Source: Nitrososphaerota archaeon (lineage in GTDB: Archaea; Thermoproteota; Nitrososphaeria_A; Caldarchaeales; Calditenuaceae). From it: a stretch of DNA of 64,000 nucleotides. The stretch is taken from the NCBI GenBank assembly GCA_033581555.1, contig JAVQSZ010000007.1, forward strand, positions 37,093-101,092. Reading direction: 5' to 3'. A program made the position numbers and the translations under genes. Positions 1 through 10,411 of the stretch are shown here, one piece after another (positions within the stretch are counted from its first letter, which is position 1; every line of letters starts with the position of its first letter). Under the pieces are notes generated by a model, which was not told the origin of the DNA, did no database searches, and saw only the letters and a program-made list of their open reading frames with translations.

Positions 1-483
1 CTCGCCCTTCCTCGTCACCTCGCTGACCCAGTTCTCGCTGGGGACGACGATCTCCGGGACGTCCTCGATCGAGACGATCTTCGCGGTCGGCCTGATGAAG
101 ACGGCCGCGGCCCTGAGCAGGGTCGTCTTCCCTGAAGCGGTCTCGCCGCGGAACCAGACGTTCATGTCGCTCTCGAGGAGCGTCCAAAGGTAGGCCGCGT
201 TCTCCGCGCTCAGGACGTTCCACTTGATCAGCTGAGTTGTGCTGATCGGCGTGTCGGAGAGCTCCCTGATGGTGAAGTTCGAGCACCTCCTGCTGACGTC
301 GGACCCGTAGACGATGTTGACCCTGGACCCGTCGGGGAGCTGGGCGTCGACGATGGGGTTTCTTAAGCTGACCGGCCTCCCGCCCCTTATCGAGAGCCTC
401 GGAACGAACCGGTCGAGCGGGCCCTGCTCTACGCCCGCCACCGACTCACCCCCGGTCCTACCGGAGCGGCCTCGCGATCGCAA
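1..483 (-). pseudogene. Type II/IV secretion (FlaI/ArlI/VirB11-like) ATPase, N-terminally truncated; runs off window start
   Basis: Manual minus-strand translation gives ...LDRFVPRLSIRGGRPVSLRNPIVDAQLPDGSRVNIVYGSDVSRRCSNFTIRELSDTP...NVWFRGETASGKTTLL...IVSIEDVPEI (Walker A + Asp box). An in-frame TGA at 517-519 leaves only TTG481-483/GTG439-441 as starts, so the usual ~200-aa N-terminal part is absent. Confidence 0.65.
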
Positions 484-672
484 GAATGGGTCGCCGAGAG
501 CTGTGCGACGACGTCCTCAAGCCAATATCCTATAGATAGTCTATTCATATCATCTCCTGATAGAAAATATTGAGTATTTTACTTTATCCTCGCGATCGCA
601 GCGACCGTTGCCTCTAATATTTAAGTTAGATTTCGCGTCTAAGTCAAAAACGGCCCCTGATGCATAGATTAT

Positions 673-1827
673 CTATGAAATCATGTTTTTAATAACTTCT
701 CTTATCGCTCGGACGATTCCGAGCGCCCCCTCGGCATCGGTGAGCAGCGCGTGGTGCGGGATCCAGAGGACGTCCCGGGTGACGGCCTCCGCGTTAGGTA
801 GCGGTTTCAGCTCCGCTCCCACGGACTCGCAATACTTCACGACGCCCCTATGTTGGTGGAGGGGCACGGTGTAGCCCGGCGACGCGGGGACGCCGCGGGA
901 CCTGAGCGTCTCGACGACCCGGGCCTTCTCGACGTTCCTGAGCCTCCTCCTGTCGATCCTCAGCGGGACCATGTAGACGTTGAACCTAGTCGTGCCCTCC
1001 GGCGGCCTCACCGGCTCCAACCCGTCGACGCCCTCCAGCTCCTCGAGGAGGAGCGCGTAGTTCCTCTGCCTGACCTCGATCTGGCGGTCGAGCCTCGAGA
1101 GCTGCGCCGAGAGGACCGCGGCCTGGAACTCCGTCATCCTGTAGTTGTACGCGAGCAGGTCGCTCTCGAACCAGTCCTTCCCGGAAGTGCGACCGCAGTT
1201 AATCAGGGACCAGCAGAGCTCCGCGAGCTCGTCGCTGTCGGTTGTGATGCACCCTCCCTCACCTGCGGTCATCACCTTGCTCGACTGAAAGCTGAAACAT
1301 CCCATCGTACCCAGTGAGCCGGTTCTCCTGCCCCTCCACTCGGAGCCGTGGGCCTGGGCCGCGTCCTCCACTACCGCTACCCCCGCATCCCCGCTGAGCC
1401 TCTGGAGCTCGTCCATGGGGTTGGGCATCCCGGCGATGTGGACCGGGATTACCGCCTTCGCACCGACCCTCTCAGCGACGTCCGCGGCCTCGGCGGGGTC
1501 CATGTGGAGTCCTCCATCGATCAGGTCGACGAGGACTGGGACCGCCCCCAGTTCCGCGATCACCGAGACGGTCGCGACGAACGTGTATGGCGACGTCACG
1601 ACCCTGTCGCCCCTCCCGACGCCCGCGGCCCTGAGGGCGACCTTGAGCGCGACGGTCCCGTTGGCGCACGGGACGCCCCTCCTGCACCCGCAGTACCTCG
1701 CGAAGTCGTCCGCGAACCTGAACGCCCAGGTCCCTCCTAGCCCCCAGAGGCCGGACCTCAGGACCTCGAGGAGGTTCCTCTCCTCTTCCTCTCCCCAGAC
1801 GGGCCAGGCCCTCCTCCCTGAGCTCAA
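673..1827 (-). CDS. DegT/DnrJ/EryC1/StrS family PLP-dependent aminotransferase
   Basis: ANGTVAL, EDAAQAHG, FSFQSSKVMTAGEGG (PLP lysine) and NYRMTEFQAA motifs. Confidence 0.93.
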   Translation of the reverse strand: MSSGRRAWPVWGEEEERNLLEVLRSGLWGLGGTWAFRFADDFARYCGCRRGVPCANGTVALKVALRAAGVGRGDRVVTSPYTFVATVSVIAELGAVPVLVDLIDGGLHMDPAEAADVAERVGAKAVIPVHIAGMPNPMDELQRLSGDAGVAVVEDAAQAHGSEWRGRRTGSLGTMGCFSFQSSKVMTAGEGGCITTDSDELAELCWSLINCGRTSGKDWFESDLLAYNYRMTEFQAAVLSAQLSRLDRQIEVRQRNYALLLEELEGVDGLEPVRPPEGTTRFNVYMVPLRIDRRRLRNVEKARVVETLRSRGVPASPGYTVPLHQHRGVVKYCESVGAELKPLPNAEAVTRDVLWIPHHALLTDAEGALGIVRAIREVIKNMIS

Positions 1828-1906
1828 GTCATCCCACGCGGGCTCCGCGGGGTATTAAGTTGGTCGTGGCGGCTTGAGAGAACGGAGACTCGGGAAGCGG
1901 GGAGGC

Positions 1907-3949
1907 TTAGCGGATCAGGATCCTGACCAGCCTGCTGTCCAGCCTGAGGGGCTCGAAGGGCTTCCCGGAGCCCTCGTAGAACTTGCTGAAGAACTCGTAG
2001 AGGTGGAGCCTGAGGGCCTGGATGAAGGCTAGCGTTCCCTCGAGCGCCATCACGCCGAGGTTCCCTATGACGAGGATCGGGAGGGCCGCGAGCCCGAGGC
2101 CGGCGTAGGTCGAGTTCACGAGGAGCATCAAGGACGCGTGGATCACCATCAGTATAGGGACCCGGAGGTAGCTGAGGGTGTTGGACATGAAGTGGATGAT
2201 GTTCTCGAGGATCTCGAGGAGCCCAGCGCCTATCCCGCTGACCAGTGAGGTCTTCGGGCCTATGCCGAGCGCCGAGGAGAGCGGCCTCCCCACCACCAAC
2301 AGGACCAGGCAGGCGACGATCCCGTAGAGCGCGACGGTTCCGACTGTGGCGACCGGCAGGCCTATGATGGGGGCGGGCTCGTTCAGCGTAGTCAGTCCCT
2401 CGAAGCCTCCCGCGCCGATGAACGCGATCGCGAAGAGTATCCCCATGAGGTACATGACCATCGTGACGCCCTTGGAGAAGACGGCCTCCCCGAGCTCGCC
2501 CTGCTTCGCGTACTTGACCGCGCCGAGGAGCATCCCGAGCAGGATGTGGACCGCTCCGAGGAAGGGCGCGAAGGTGAAGAGGGTGAGGACCGCGGCCTGG
2601 CTCAGCGTCTTGGTCCCACCGTGCTTCTCCATCAGCTCTACGACCGGTTTGATACCGGTGTACTCGTAGATCCCGAACCCGAAGGCCTCCTGTATCAAGA
2701 AGCCGACCGAGGCCGCACCCGCGCCGAGGAACGTCAGGAGCTTCCCCCAGGTCCTGAGGTACCCCCTGGCCTTCCTCCAGAGCAGCAGGCCGAGCGTCAT
2801 GATGACGAGGCCCTGTCCGAGGTCAGCGAACATGATCCCATAGAAGACGACGATGAAGACCGAGACGAATGGCGTCGGGTCGACCTCGTTGTACCCCGGG
2901 ACGCCCTGCATCTTGGTGACGGGGCTGAAGGACTCGACGAGCCTGCCGTGTCTCACCAGCGTCGGGACTTGGTGGCCCGAGTGCCCGCCGTGGTGGCCGT
3001 GGACCTCGACCTCCTCCAGCTCGACGTAGGCCTTCCCCCCCACCGTCCTCAGGAACTCCTCCCTCCTCTCCTCTGGAAGGTAGCCCTCGATCACCACGAC
3101 CCTCCTCAACCCCTGCTCCCTCAGCTTGTCCAGGCCCGACCTGAGGCTCTGGGCCAGGTCCCTCAACGCCGCTATCCTCGGCCCTCTCTCGAGCCTGATC
3201 TCTGCCATCCGCCTCTCGACTTCGGCCCTCCTCGACTCGAGGGACTCGATCTCGGCCCGCAGCTTAGCGGCCTCCTCCGCAGGGTCCTCCGGGACCGTCT
3301 CGAGCCTCAGGTGCGCGAGGTTCATCCCCCTAGCTATCCTGAGGACCCTGTCGGCGTCCTGGACCCTCGAGAGCACGAGGACTACCGACTTGCCCTCGCC
3401 GATCGGCTGGTCCGTCACCACGAAGTCCTGAAAGGCCTTCCTGACCTCCTCAACCGCGGAGCTGGGGACGACGAAGACGTTAGCCCTGAGCCTCTTCAGG
3501 CCCCTCAGGTGCCTCGCCTCCCGTCCGAGGACCGTGAGGGCCTCCAGGTCGTCGAGCCTCCTCCTCAGCTCCCTGATCCTCGCGGAGACCTCTTCCTGCT
3601 CCTTCCTGAGCCCCCTCAGCTCCTCGAGCGTCGGCCGGGACTCGGACTCGAGCCTCTCGAGGGCCTCCCTGACCCTGCTCACCTCGACGACCTCCGGGTC
3701 AGGCAGGTCGCCCTTCGTCAGCACCTCCAGCGGCCCCCTTTCCGCGGAGACGTTAAGCTCCCTGACCGCGGCCTCGAGCTCTAGGTAGAGCTCCCTGGCC
3801 GTGGCGTAGAGGTCCTCGAAGTCCTTCAACCTCTCGCCCTCGGACTCCTCGACGTGGAACTCCCCGAACCTGTAGAGCTCGTTGAGGACATCTTCGGCCT
3901 TACGTCTCGTCGTCAATACCCTCGCCTTGACCAGCTTGACTATCCCCAT
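1907..3949 (-). CDS. atpI: A/V-type ATP synthase subunit I (a)
   Basis: Coiled-coil N-terminal domain, PGYNEVDPTPF, FYGIMFADLGQG, SNTLSYLR (essential Arg), IQALRLHLYEFFSKFYEGSGKPFEP; start set at ATG 3949 (MGIVKL). Confidence 0.95.
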   Translation of the reverse strand: MGIVKLVKARVLTTRRKAEDVLNELYRFGEFHVEESEGERLKDFEDLYATARELYLELEAAVRELNVSAERGPLEVLTKGDLPDPEVVEVSRVREALERLESESRPTLEELRGLRKEQEEVSARIRELRRRLDDLEALTVLGREARHLRGLKRLRANVFVVPSSAVEEVRKAFQDFVVTDQPIGEGKSVVLVLSRVQDADRVLRIARGMNLAHLRLETVPEDPAEEAAKLRAEIESLESRRAEVERRMAEIRLERGPRIAALRDLAQSLRSGLDKLREQGLRRVVVIEGYLPEERREEFLRTVGGKAYVELEEVEVHGHHGGHSGHQVPTLVRHGRLVESFSPVTKMQGVPGYNEVDPTPFVSVFIVVFYGIMFADLGQGLVIMTLGLLLWRKARGYLRTWGKLLTFLGAGAASVGFLIQEAFGFGIYEYTGIKPVVELMEKHGGTKTLSQAAVLTLFTFAPFLGAVHILLGMLLGAVKYAKQGELGEAVFSKGVTMVMYLMGILFAIAFIGAGGFEGLTTLNEPAPIIGLPVATVGTVALYGIVACLVLLVVGRPLSSALGIGPKTSLVSGIGAGLLEILENIIHFMSNTLSYLRVPILMVIHASLMLLVNSTYAGLGLAALPILVIGNLGVMALEGTLAFIQALRLHLYEFFSKFYEGSGKPFEPLRLDSRLVRILIR

Positions 3950-4065
3950 CGCGTCGGCCGGACTTGACGCTCCGTTCACTTAAACCCGAGCCGCTCGGGT
4001 AGGTCGCGCCCCACGAGCCATCCGATCGAGGAAGCGCTAATACCGGGCAGGTCGACTCTCCGGAC

Positions 4066-5766
4066 ATGGAGGCTGAACTCGGGCAGAGGTCGCTCCCCAG
4101 CCAGCGGAGGTACCACGGCGTCCTGAACGCGAGCCACAGGGCCTTCCTGAGGGCGGTCGGGCTCACCGACGCCGAGATCGCGAGGCCCCTCGGGTGCATC
4201 GTGGTCGCGTGGAGCGAGGCGGGTCCATGCAACTTCCACACGCTCGAGCTGGTGAGGCACGTGAGGGGCGGGATGGAGGCGGCCGGCGTGACGGGGCTCG
4301 CGGTCCCGACGATCGTGGTCAACGACAACATCAGCATGGGAACCGACGGGATGAGGTACAGCCTCGTGAGCAGGGAGGTGATCGCGGACACGATCGAGGC
4401 CCAAGTGCTGGCCCACGCCTTCGACGGGTTCGTGGGCATCGGGGGCTGCGACAAGACCCAGCCGGGCATCATGATGGCGATGGTCAGGCTGAACCTCCCC
4501 TCGGTCTTCGTCTACGGAGGCTCCGCTGAGCCCGGTTACCTCGGCGAGAGGAAGCTCACGATCGAGGAGATCTACGAGGGCGTGGGCGCCTACCTAAGGG
4601 GGAAGATCACTGAGGACGAGCTCTACGAGATCGAGCGGAGGGCCCATCCGACCGTCGGGACGTGCGCGGGCCTTTTCACCGCGAACACGATGGCCAGCAT
4701 CAGCGAGGCGATGGGGATCGCGCTCCTCGGGTCATCGACACCGGTCGCGACGTCCGCGAGGAGGGCCCAGTACTGCTACATGAGCGGGAAGGCCCTGGGT
4801 CATTTGATCGAGAACGGGATAAAGGCCAGGGACATCGTGACCTACGACGCGCTCTACAACGCGACCGTGCTCCTGATGGCCACCGCGGGTTCGACCAACG
4901 CGATCCTCCACCTCCTGGCGATCGCCCACGAGGCCGGCGTGCGCTTCACCATCAGGGACATCGACGAGGTCTCGAGGAGGGTCCCGTACATAGCCAGCAT
5001 GAAGCCCGCAGGGGAGTACGTGATGGCGGACCTCGACGCGGTCGGGGGAGTGCCCGTGGTGCTGAAGAAGCTCCTCGAGAGAGGGTACTTGAGGGGAGAA
5101 GCCCTGACGGTGACCGGGAAGACGCTAGCGCAGAGCCTCAGGGAGTACAGGCACGCGGAGGTGCCCCACGAGCACATCGTCCGGGACCCGGCGAGGCCCT
5201 TCAAGCCCACCGGCGGCATCAGGATCCTATGGGGGAACCTGGCTCCCGATGGCGCGGTCCTCAAGGTCGCGGCGACAGGGCTCAAGCGGTTCGAGGGGAG
5301 GGCCAAGGTCTTCGACGACGAGGACTCCGCCTTCGAGGCCATCAGGAGGGACGAGGTCTCTGAGGGCGACGTCATCGTGATCAGGTACGTCGGGCCGAAG
5401 GGCGCTCCGGGCATGCCCGAGATGCTCAGGGTGACAGCCGCGGTCGTCGGGGCCGGGCTTGGGGACTCGGTCGCGATGGTCACCGACGGGAGGTTCAGCG
5501 GCGCTACGAGGGGGATGATGGTTGGTCACGTCTCGCCGGAGGCGGCGTCTGGCGGGCCCATCGCTGCGCTCCAGGACGGTGACAAGGTCCTGATAGACGC
5601 GGAGGCCGGGAGGCTCGAGGCCCTGATGCCCGAGGCCGAGCTCAGGAGGAGGATGGAGGAGTGGAGGCCGAAGCCCCCGAGGGCGAGGGCGGGGCTCTTG
5701 GCGAAGTACGCGGCGCTCGTCCAGTCGGCCAGCAGGGGAGCTGTCACCTCACCCGGTCCCCTCTGA
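4066..5766 (+). CDS. ilvD: Dihydroxy-acid dehydratase
   Basis: [56 protein letters not shown]. Confidence 0.97.
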   Translation: MEAELGQRSLPSQRRYHGVLNASHRAFLRAVGLTDAEIARPLGCIVVAWSEAGPCNFHTLELVRHVRGGMEAAGVTGLAVPTIVVNDNISMGTDGMRYSLVSREVIADTIEAQVLAHAFDGFVGIGGCDKTQPGIMMAMVRLNLPSVFVYGGSAEPGYLGERKLTIEEIYEGVGAYLRGKITEDELYEIERRAHPTVGTCAGLFTANTMASISEAMGIALLGSSTPVATSARRAQYCYMSGKALGHLIENGIKARDIVTYDALYNATVLLMATAGSTNAILHLLAIAHEAGVRFTIRDIDEVSRRVPYIASMKPAGEYVMADLDAVGGVPVVLKKLLERGYLRGEALTVTGKTLAQSLREYRHAEVPHEHIVRDPARPFKPTGGIRILWGNLAPDGAVLKVAATGLKRFEGRAKVFDDEDSAFEAIRRDEVSEGDVIVIRYVGPKGAPGMPEMLRVTAAVVGAGLGDSVAMVTDGRFSGATRGMMVGHVSPEAASGGPIAALQDGDKVLIDAEAGRLEALMPEAELRRRMEEWRPKPPRARAGLLAKYAALVQSASRGAVTSPGPL

Positions 5767-6768
5767 GAGCCTCCTGAGGACCTCGTCGGTGAACCTCGAG
5801 GCGGTAGCGTTCCCTCCCATGTCCCTCGTCCTCACCCTTCCCTCCTCCAGCGTGAGCTCCACCGCTCTCTCCACCTCCCTCCCCGCAGCCGCGGCCCTTT
5901 CGTCGCCCCTGCTCTCCCCCAGCCAGCTCAGCATCATCGCGGCCGCGAGGATCATCGCGGTGGGGTTCGCGGTCTCGGGCTCTATGTCGGGCGCGGAGCC
6001 GTGGACGGGCTCGAAGAGGCCGTATCGGTCCCCGACGTTCGCGGAGGGCGCGATCCCCAGCGTCCCGCAGATCCCGGCCGCCTCGTCGCTGAGGATGTCG
6101 CCGAACATGTTGGTCGTCAGGATAACGTCGAACCTCTCCGGCCTCACGACGAGCTGGTAGGCGGCGTTGTCGACGTACATGAACTCGCAGGAGATTTCCG
6201 GGTGGGACCTGATCACCTCCGCGGCCACCTCCCTGAAGAACCTGTGGGAGAGGAGGACGTTCGCCTTATCGACTACCGTTATCCTCCTCGACCTCCTCAT
6301 CGCCTGCACGCAGGCCATCCTCGCTATCCTCTCGGTCTCCCTCCTGGTGTAGACCGCGAGGGAGACCGCGTGGTCCGGGCCGACGTCCTCGACCCCCTTG
6401 TAGACATCCTCGACGTTCTCCCTGACGATCAGGACGTCCACGTTCCCGTACCTCGAGGGGACGCCCCTCATCGTCCTGGCCGGCCGCAGGTTCGCGTAGA
6501 GGTCGAGCTCCCTCCTCAGGAAGACGATCACGTCCCTCGCCGTCTCGCCCACGGGGCCCTTCAGGCACGCGTCAGCTCCCCTGATCCTCTCGAGCGAGTC
6601 CCCAGGCAGCGCGACCCCCGTCTCGTCCCTGACCGCGTCGCCCGCCGGAGCCTCGACGAACTCGAGCGAAAGGGACCTCCTCTCCGAGGCGAGCTCCAGG
6701 ACCCTCCTCGCCTCCCTCACGACCACCGGGCCTATTCCGTCTCCCGGTATCACCGCGATCCTGTACAT
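5749..6768 (-). CDS. leuB: 3-isopropylmalate/(homo)isocitrate dehydrogenase family protein
   Basis: [46 protein letters not shown]; LeuB versus homoisocitrate dehydrogenase is not resolved. Confidence 0.8.
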   Translation of the reverse strand: MYRIAVIPGDGIGPVVVREARRVLELASERRSLSLEFVEAPAGDAVRDETGVALPGDSLERIRGADACLKGPVGETARDVIVFLRRELDLYANLRPARTMRGVPSRYGNVDVLIVRENVEDVYKGVEDVGPDHAVSLAVYTRRETERIARMACVQAMRRSRRITVVDKANVLLSHRFFREVAAEVIRSHPEISCEFMYVDNAAYQLVVRPERFDVILTTNMFGDILSDEAAGICGTLGIAPSANVGDRYGLFEPVHGSAPDIEPETANPTAMILAAAMMLSWLGESRGDERAAAAGREVERAVELTLEEGRVRTRDMGGNATASRFTDEVLRRLSEGTG

Positions 6769-6837
6769 GCTTCGCCGGGCGGGTGGCCTCAGCCGCTAGA
6801 TAGAGCTTGGTCTCCGGGCTTATGTGGATTCCCGGAG

Positions 6838-8130
6838 CTAGAGGTCTCCCTGCGGGATCACCGCGAACCCCTTTCCCCTTGCGAGGGCCCTGACCCTCTC
6901 GGCGAGATGGGAGGGCGCCTCCGCGAGCACCCTGACGCCGTCGCTCAGGTACTCGACGCTCTCGACCCTCCCGTGGGAATAGAGCTCTCCGAGGATCTCG
7001 TTGACCGAGTCGCCGTAGTCGAGCTTCGCTTCGAACCTCACGAGACCCGGGAGGTGTCTCAGGACCTCAGCGATCAGCGCATCGATCCCCTCTCCGGTGA
7101 CAGCCGAGACCGGGACGGCCGGAAGCCCTCCGATGTCGAGCTCCGCCATCCGCTCCCCCAGCTCCTCCTCGCTCAGCAGGTCGACCTTGTTCAGCGCCAC
7201 GACCGTCGGGAGGCCGGCGGCGCCGATCTGCCTGAGCGTGTTCAGGGAGACCTCCAGCTTCGTCCTGACCACCTCGACCGGCTCGGAGACGTCCAGGACC
7301 AGGAGCACGAGGTCCGAGTCCGATATCTCCATCAGCGTCGACATGAATGCGGAGATCAGCAGCGTCGGCACGTTCCTGATGAACCCGACCGTGTCCGAGA
7401 CGTAGACCGGCCTCCCGTCGAGCCTCGTGAGCCTCCTCTTCGTCGAGAGGGTCGTGAACATCGCGTCCGAGATCTCCGTCGGGACCGACGTCAGCCTCGT
7501 GAAGAGCGTCGACTTCCCGGCGTTGGTGTACCCAGCCAGCGAGACGGTCGGTATCCCAGACCTCCTCCTCTGCCTACCCTCCCACTCCTTCCTCCTCTTG
7601 ATCTCCTCGAGCTTCTTCGAGATCGCCACCACCTGTCTCTTGACCTCCTCGTAGTAGACGTCTGCCTCATAGGCTCCTAGCCCGTGGAATCCGGGCTGCT
7701 CTCCCTGCTTCGCGAGCCTCACCTTCTCCTTAGCCCTGGGCAGCTCGTACTTCAGCGTCGCGAGCTTGATCTGGAGGTGCGACTCGAGGCTCGTCGCGTG
7801 CATCGCGAAGATCTCCAGTATCAGCCTGATCCTCGTGATCACGTCGACGTTCAGCTCCTTCGCGAGGTTGTACTCTTGGACGGGCTTCAGCTCGTTCTCG
7901 AAGACCACCTTCGATATCCCGAGCCTCCTGACGGCCTCCTTCAGCTCCCTGACCTTCGAGGGCCCGATGTTGTAGACGGGGTGAGGGAACCGATGCTGGA
8001 CGAGCCTGTAGACCACCTCGTACTCAGCGGTCCTGCAGAGCTCCTCGAGCTCGTCGAGGTTGTCGTCTTCCTCCCAGGGATAGAGCCTTTGGACGATTGC
8101 GACCCTCCTGCTCCCCGCTAAGCCCACCAC
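6838..8130 (-). CDS. hflX: GTPase HflX
   Basis: LILEIFAMHA, GYTNAGKSTL (G1), FTTL, DTVGF (G3), NKVD (G4). Confidence 0.96.
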   Translation of the reverse strand: MVGLAGSRRVAIVQRLYPWEEDDNLDELEELCRTAEYEVVYRLVQHRFPHPVYNIGPSKVRELKEAVRRLGISKVVFENELKPVQEYNLAKELNVDVITRIRLILEIFAMHATSLESHLQIKLATLKYELPRAKEKVRLAKQGEQPGFHGLGAYEADVYYEEVKRQVVAISKKLEEIKRRKEWEGRQRRRSGIPTVSLAGYTNAGKSTLFTRLTSVPTEISDAMFTTLSTKRRLTRLDGRPVYVSDTVGFIRNVPTLLISAFMSTLMEISDSDLVLLVLDVSEPVEVVRTKLEVSLNTLRQIGAAGLPTVVALNKVDLLSEEELGERMAELDIGGLPAVPVSAVTGEGIDALIAEVLRHLPGLVRFEAKLDYGDSVNEILGELYSHGRVESVEYLSDGVRVLAEAPSHLAERVRALARGKGFAVIPQGDL

Positions 8131-8188
8131 CCGCCGCGAGGGGCTCCGCCCAACTCTTAAGAATATGCAAGCGCGATCGCCGGCTTGC

Positions 8189-8569
8189 TCAACCCTCCTT
8201 CGAGCCCCGCTCGGGGCCTAGGTGGTCCTCCCCTCCCAGCATGTCGCCGAGCGTCGGTGCCTGCCTCGAGGCCTTCCTGAGGGCCTTCTCGAGGACCTCG
8301 TCGGTCGACTCTACCAGCAGCTTGACCTTCAGAGCCTTCTCGAGCTTCCTCGCCAGCTCGATCGATGGCCTCAGCTCGCCGTTCTCTATCCTCCTGATCG
8401 TCGAGGCCTTCTCGCCCACGAGTTCCGCAAGCTGCTCCCTGGTCAGGAACCTCGCCTCCCTCGCTCTCCTCACGACCTCTCCGTAGCCCTCCACGAGCTC
8501 GTACCTCTCGACCCGGTCGACGATGCTCCCGTACCTCTCGAGCCTCGTGCCCCTCGGCTGCCTGCTCAC
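8189..8569 (-). CDS. mbf1: Multiprotein bridging factor aMBF1 (HTH domain; no N-terminal Zn ribbon)
   Basis: YELVEGYGEVVRRARE...LTREQLAELVGEKASTIRRIENGELRPSIELARKLEKALKVKL and C-terminal TLGDM; next to hflX as in other archaea; start GTG 8569 (alternative 8632). Confidence 0.85.
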   Translation of the reverse strand: MSRQPRGTRLERYGSIVDRVERYELVEGYGEVVRRAREARFLTREQLAELVGEKASTIRRIENGELRPSIELARKLEKALKVKLLVESTDEVLEKALRKASRQAPTLGDMLGGEDHLGPERGSKEG

Positions 8570-8671
8570 GCCGCGTCGATCTCCTCCGCCCGAGATAAAT
8601 CGTCCGGCCCTCCTCGCCCTTCGGGCCTCCACGGAAACGCTTAACTAACACGCACGGGTCGTCTAGATCGC

Positions 8672-9568
8672 ATGATTCCCGCGTCCTTCCAGTACGTCGC
8701 ACCGAAGACTCTCCAGGAGGCCGTCAAGGTCCTCAGGCGGTACAAGGGCGAGGCGAAGCTCCTCGCGGGCGGACACAGCCTAGTCCCGCTGATGAAGCTC
8801 AGGCTCTCGACGCCGCAGGTGGTCGTGGACATGAGGAACCTCAGGCCGAAGCTCGCGTACATCAAGGTCGACGGCAGGACCGTCAGAATCGGCGCGCTCA
8901 CGAGGCATGCGGAGATCGAGCACTCCTCGGAGCTGAAGCGGGCCCTCCCGATAATGCCGGCCGCGGCCGAGCACATCGGCGACATGCAGGTCAGGAACAT
9001 GGGCACGATAGGAGGCTCCCTTGCCCACGCTGACCCCGCCTCCGACTGGCCGGTGGTGGCCCTGGCGACGGACGCGACGCTCGTGGCCTACGGAGGCAGG
9101 ACGCGCAGGATCCCGGCCTCGAAGTTCTTCCAGGAGCCCTTCACCACCGCCCTGAAGTACTACGAGGTCCTGACCGAGGTCGTGATCCCGAGGCCTCCGC
9201 CGAATCACGGCTGGTCCTGGAAGAAGTTCGAGAGGAAGGCGGGCGACTACGCGACGGTCAACGCGGCGGTCATCGTCGTCCCGGGTAATGACGGCCGGAT
9301 AGGAAGGGCGTCGATCGCTGTGGGCGCGGTCCACACGAGGCCCTACAGAGCGACCGAGTCCGAGCGGATGCTGACGGGGAAGGTCCCGACGATGGACCTG
9401 CTCAGGAGCGCTGCCGAGAAGGCCGCGGAGCTCGCGGAGCCGACATCCGACCTGAGGGGGAGCGCCGAGTACAAGCGTGAGATGGTCAAAGTCTTCGTCA
9501 AGAGGGCGCTGGTCGAGGCCTGCGAGCGCGCGAACCTCATTAAGCCCCAGGTCGCGGAGGTGAGGTGA
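8672..9568 (+). CDS. Molybdenum hydroxylase FAD-binding subunit (CoxM/CutB-like)
   Basis: [46 protein letters not shown]. Confidence 0.95.
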   Translation: MIPASFQYVAPKTLQEAVKVLRRYKGEAKLLAGGHSLVPLMKLRLSTPQVVVDMRNLRPKLAYIKVDGRTVRIGALTRHAEIEHSSELKRALPIMPAAAEHIGDMQVRNMGTIGGSLAHADPASDWPVVALATDATLVAYGGRTRRIPASKFFQEPFTTALKYYEVLTEVVIPRPPPNHGWSWKKFERKAGDYATVNAAVIVVPGNDGRIGRASIAVGAVHTRPYRATESERMLTGKVPTMDLLRSAAEKAAELAEPTSDLRGSAEYKREMVKVFVKRALVEACERANLIKPQVAEVR

Positions 9569-9569
9569 T

Positions 9570-10124
9570 ATGGCGAGGAGGACCGCGAGGGCAGGAGCGC
9601 GCAGGGCAGCGGTCCCGCTCTCGAAGGTACCAGTGCGGGTCAAGGTCAACGGCGTCGAGTACTCCCACGAGGTCGAGCCTAGGCTCCTCCTGGTCCACTA
9701 CATCAGGGACGTCCTGGGATTGACCGGGACGCACATCGGCTGCGACACCTCCAACTGCGGCGCCTGCACCGTGCTGATGAAGGGCCCGTGGGGTGACGAG
9801 TGGAGGGCGGTGAAGTCCTGCACGCTCTTCGCCCCGCAGGCCGATGGCGCGGAGATAATCACGGTCGAGGGCCTCGCGAGGGACGGCGAGCTCCACCCGC
9901 TCCAGAAGGCCTTCTGGGAGCACCACGCGCTCCAGTGCGGCTACTGCACTCCCGGGATGATACTCGCAGCGCTGGGCTTCCTCAAGATCAACCCGAACCC
10001 GACAAGGGACGAGATAAAGAGGGGGATCGCAGGCAACCTCTGTAGGTGCACGGGTTACGTGAACATCGTCAAGGCGGTCGAGGCCGCAGCGAAGGAGATG
10101 CGGGAGAAGGGGAGCTGGATCTAG
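9570..10124 (+). CDS. Molybdenum hydroxylase 2x[2Fe-2S] subunit (CoxS/CutC-like)
   Basis: [12 protein letters not shown]...KSC and QCGYCTPG...NLCRCTGY. Confidence 0.96.
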   Translation: MARRTARAGARRAAVPLSKVPVRVKVNGVEYSHEVEPRLLLVHYIRDVLGLTGTHIGCDTSNCGACTVLMKGPWGDEWRAVKSCTLFAPQADGAEIITVEGLARDGELHPLQKAFWEHHALQCGYCTPGMILAALGFLKINPNPTRDEIKRGIAGNLCRCTGYVNIVKAVEAAAKEMREKGSWI

Positions 10125-10235
10125 TCTGGACTCGGAGCGGACTCGTCGACCGATACCCCGACTTTTCAGTTCCGCTTTCTCCTCCTGGGAAGCGTAAACG
10201 TCTAAATTGATCCGTTCGGAACCCAATGGTGCGGC

Positions 10236-10345
10236 AGCCCGGTCGTCTAGCGGCCAAACTGGCCAGAGGGCCAAGGATTCCGGGCTCTGGATCCCCGCTC
10301 GGGAGGGGAGCCCCGGAGACGGCGGTTCGAATCCGCCCCGGGCTA
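10236..10345 (+). tRNA. tRNA-Gln(CTG) with two introns (10258-10274 in D-loop; 10291-10310 at 37/38)
   Basis: Acceptor AGCCCGG/CCGGGCT-A, anticodon stem CCGGG/CCCGG with CTG at 10287-10289, T arm GGCGG-TTCGAAT-CCGCC. Removing the 17-nt and 20-nt inserts gives a 73-nt cloverleaf, and both inserts fold as bulge-helix-bulge. Confidence 0.93.
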
Positions 10346-10411
10346 CCTTCTGACACAGCGAGTCCTTCACCGAGAACGCTTTATCTCGAGGGCGCTCGGT
10401 CCTGCACAGGG

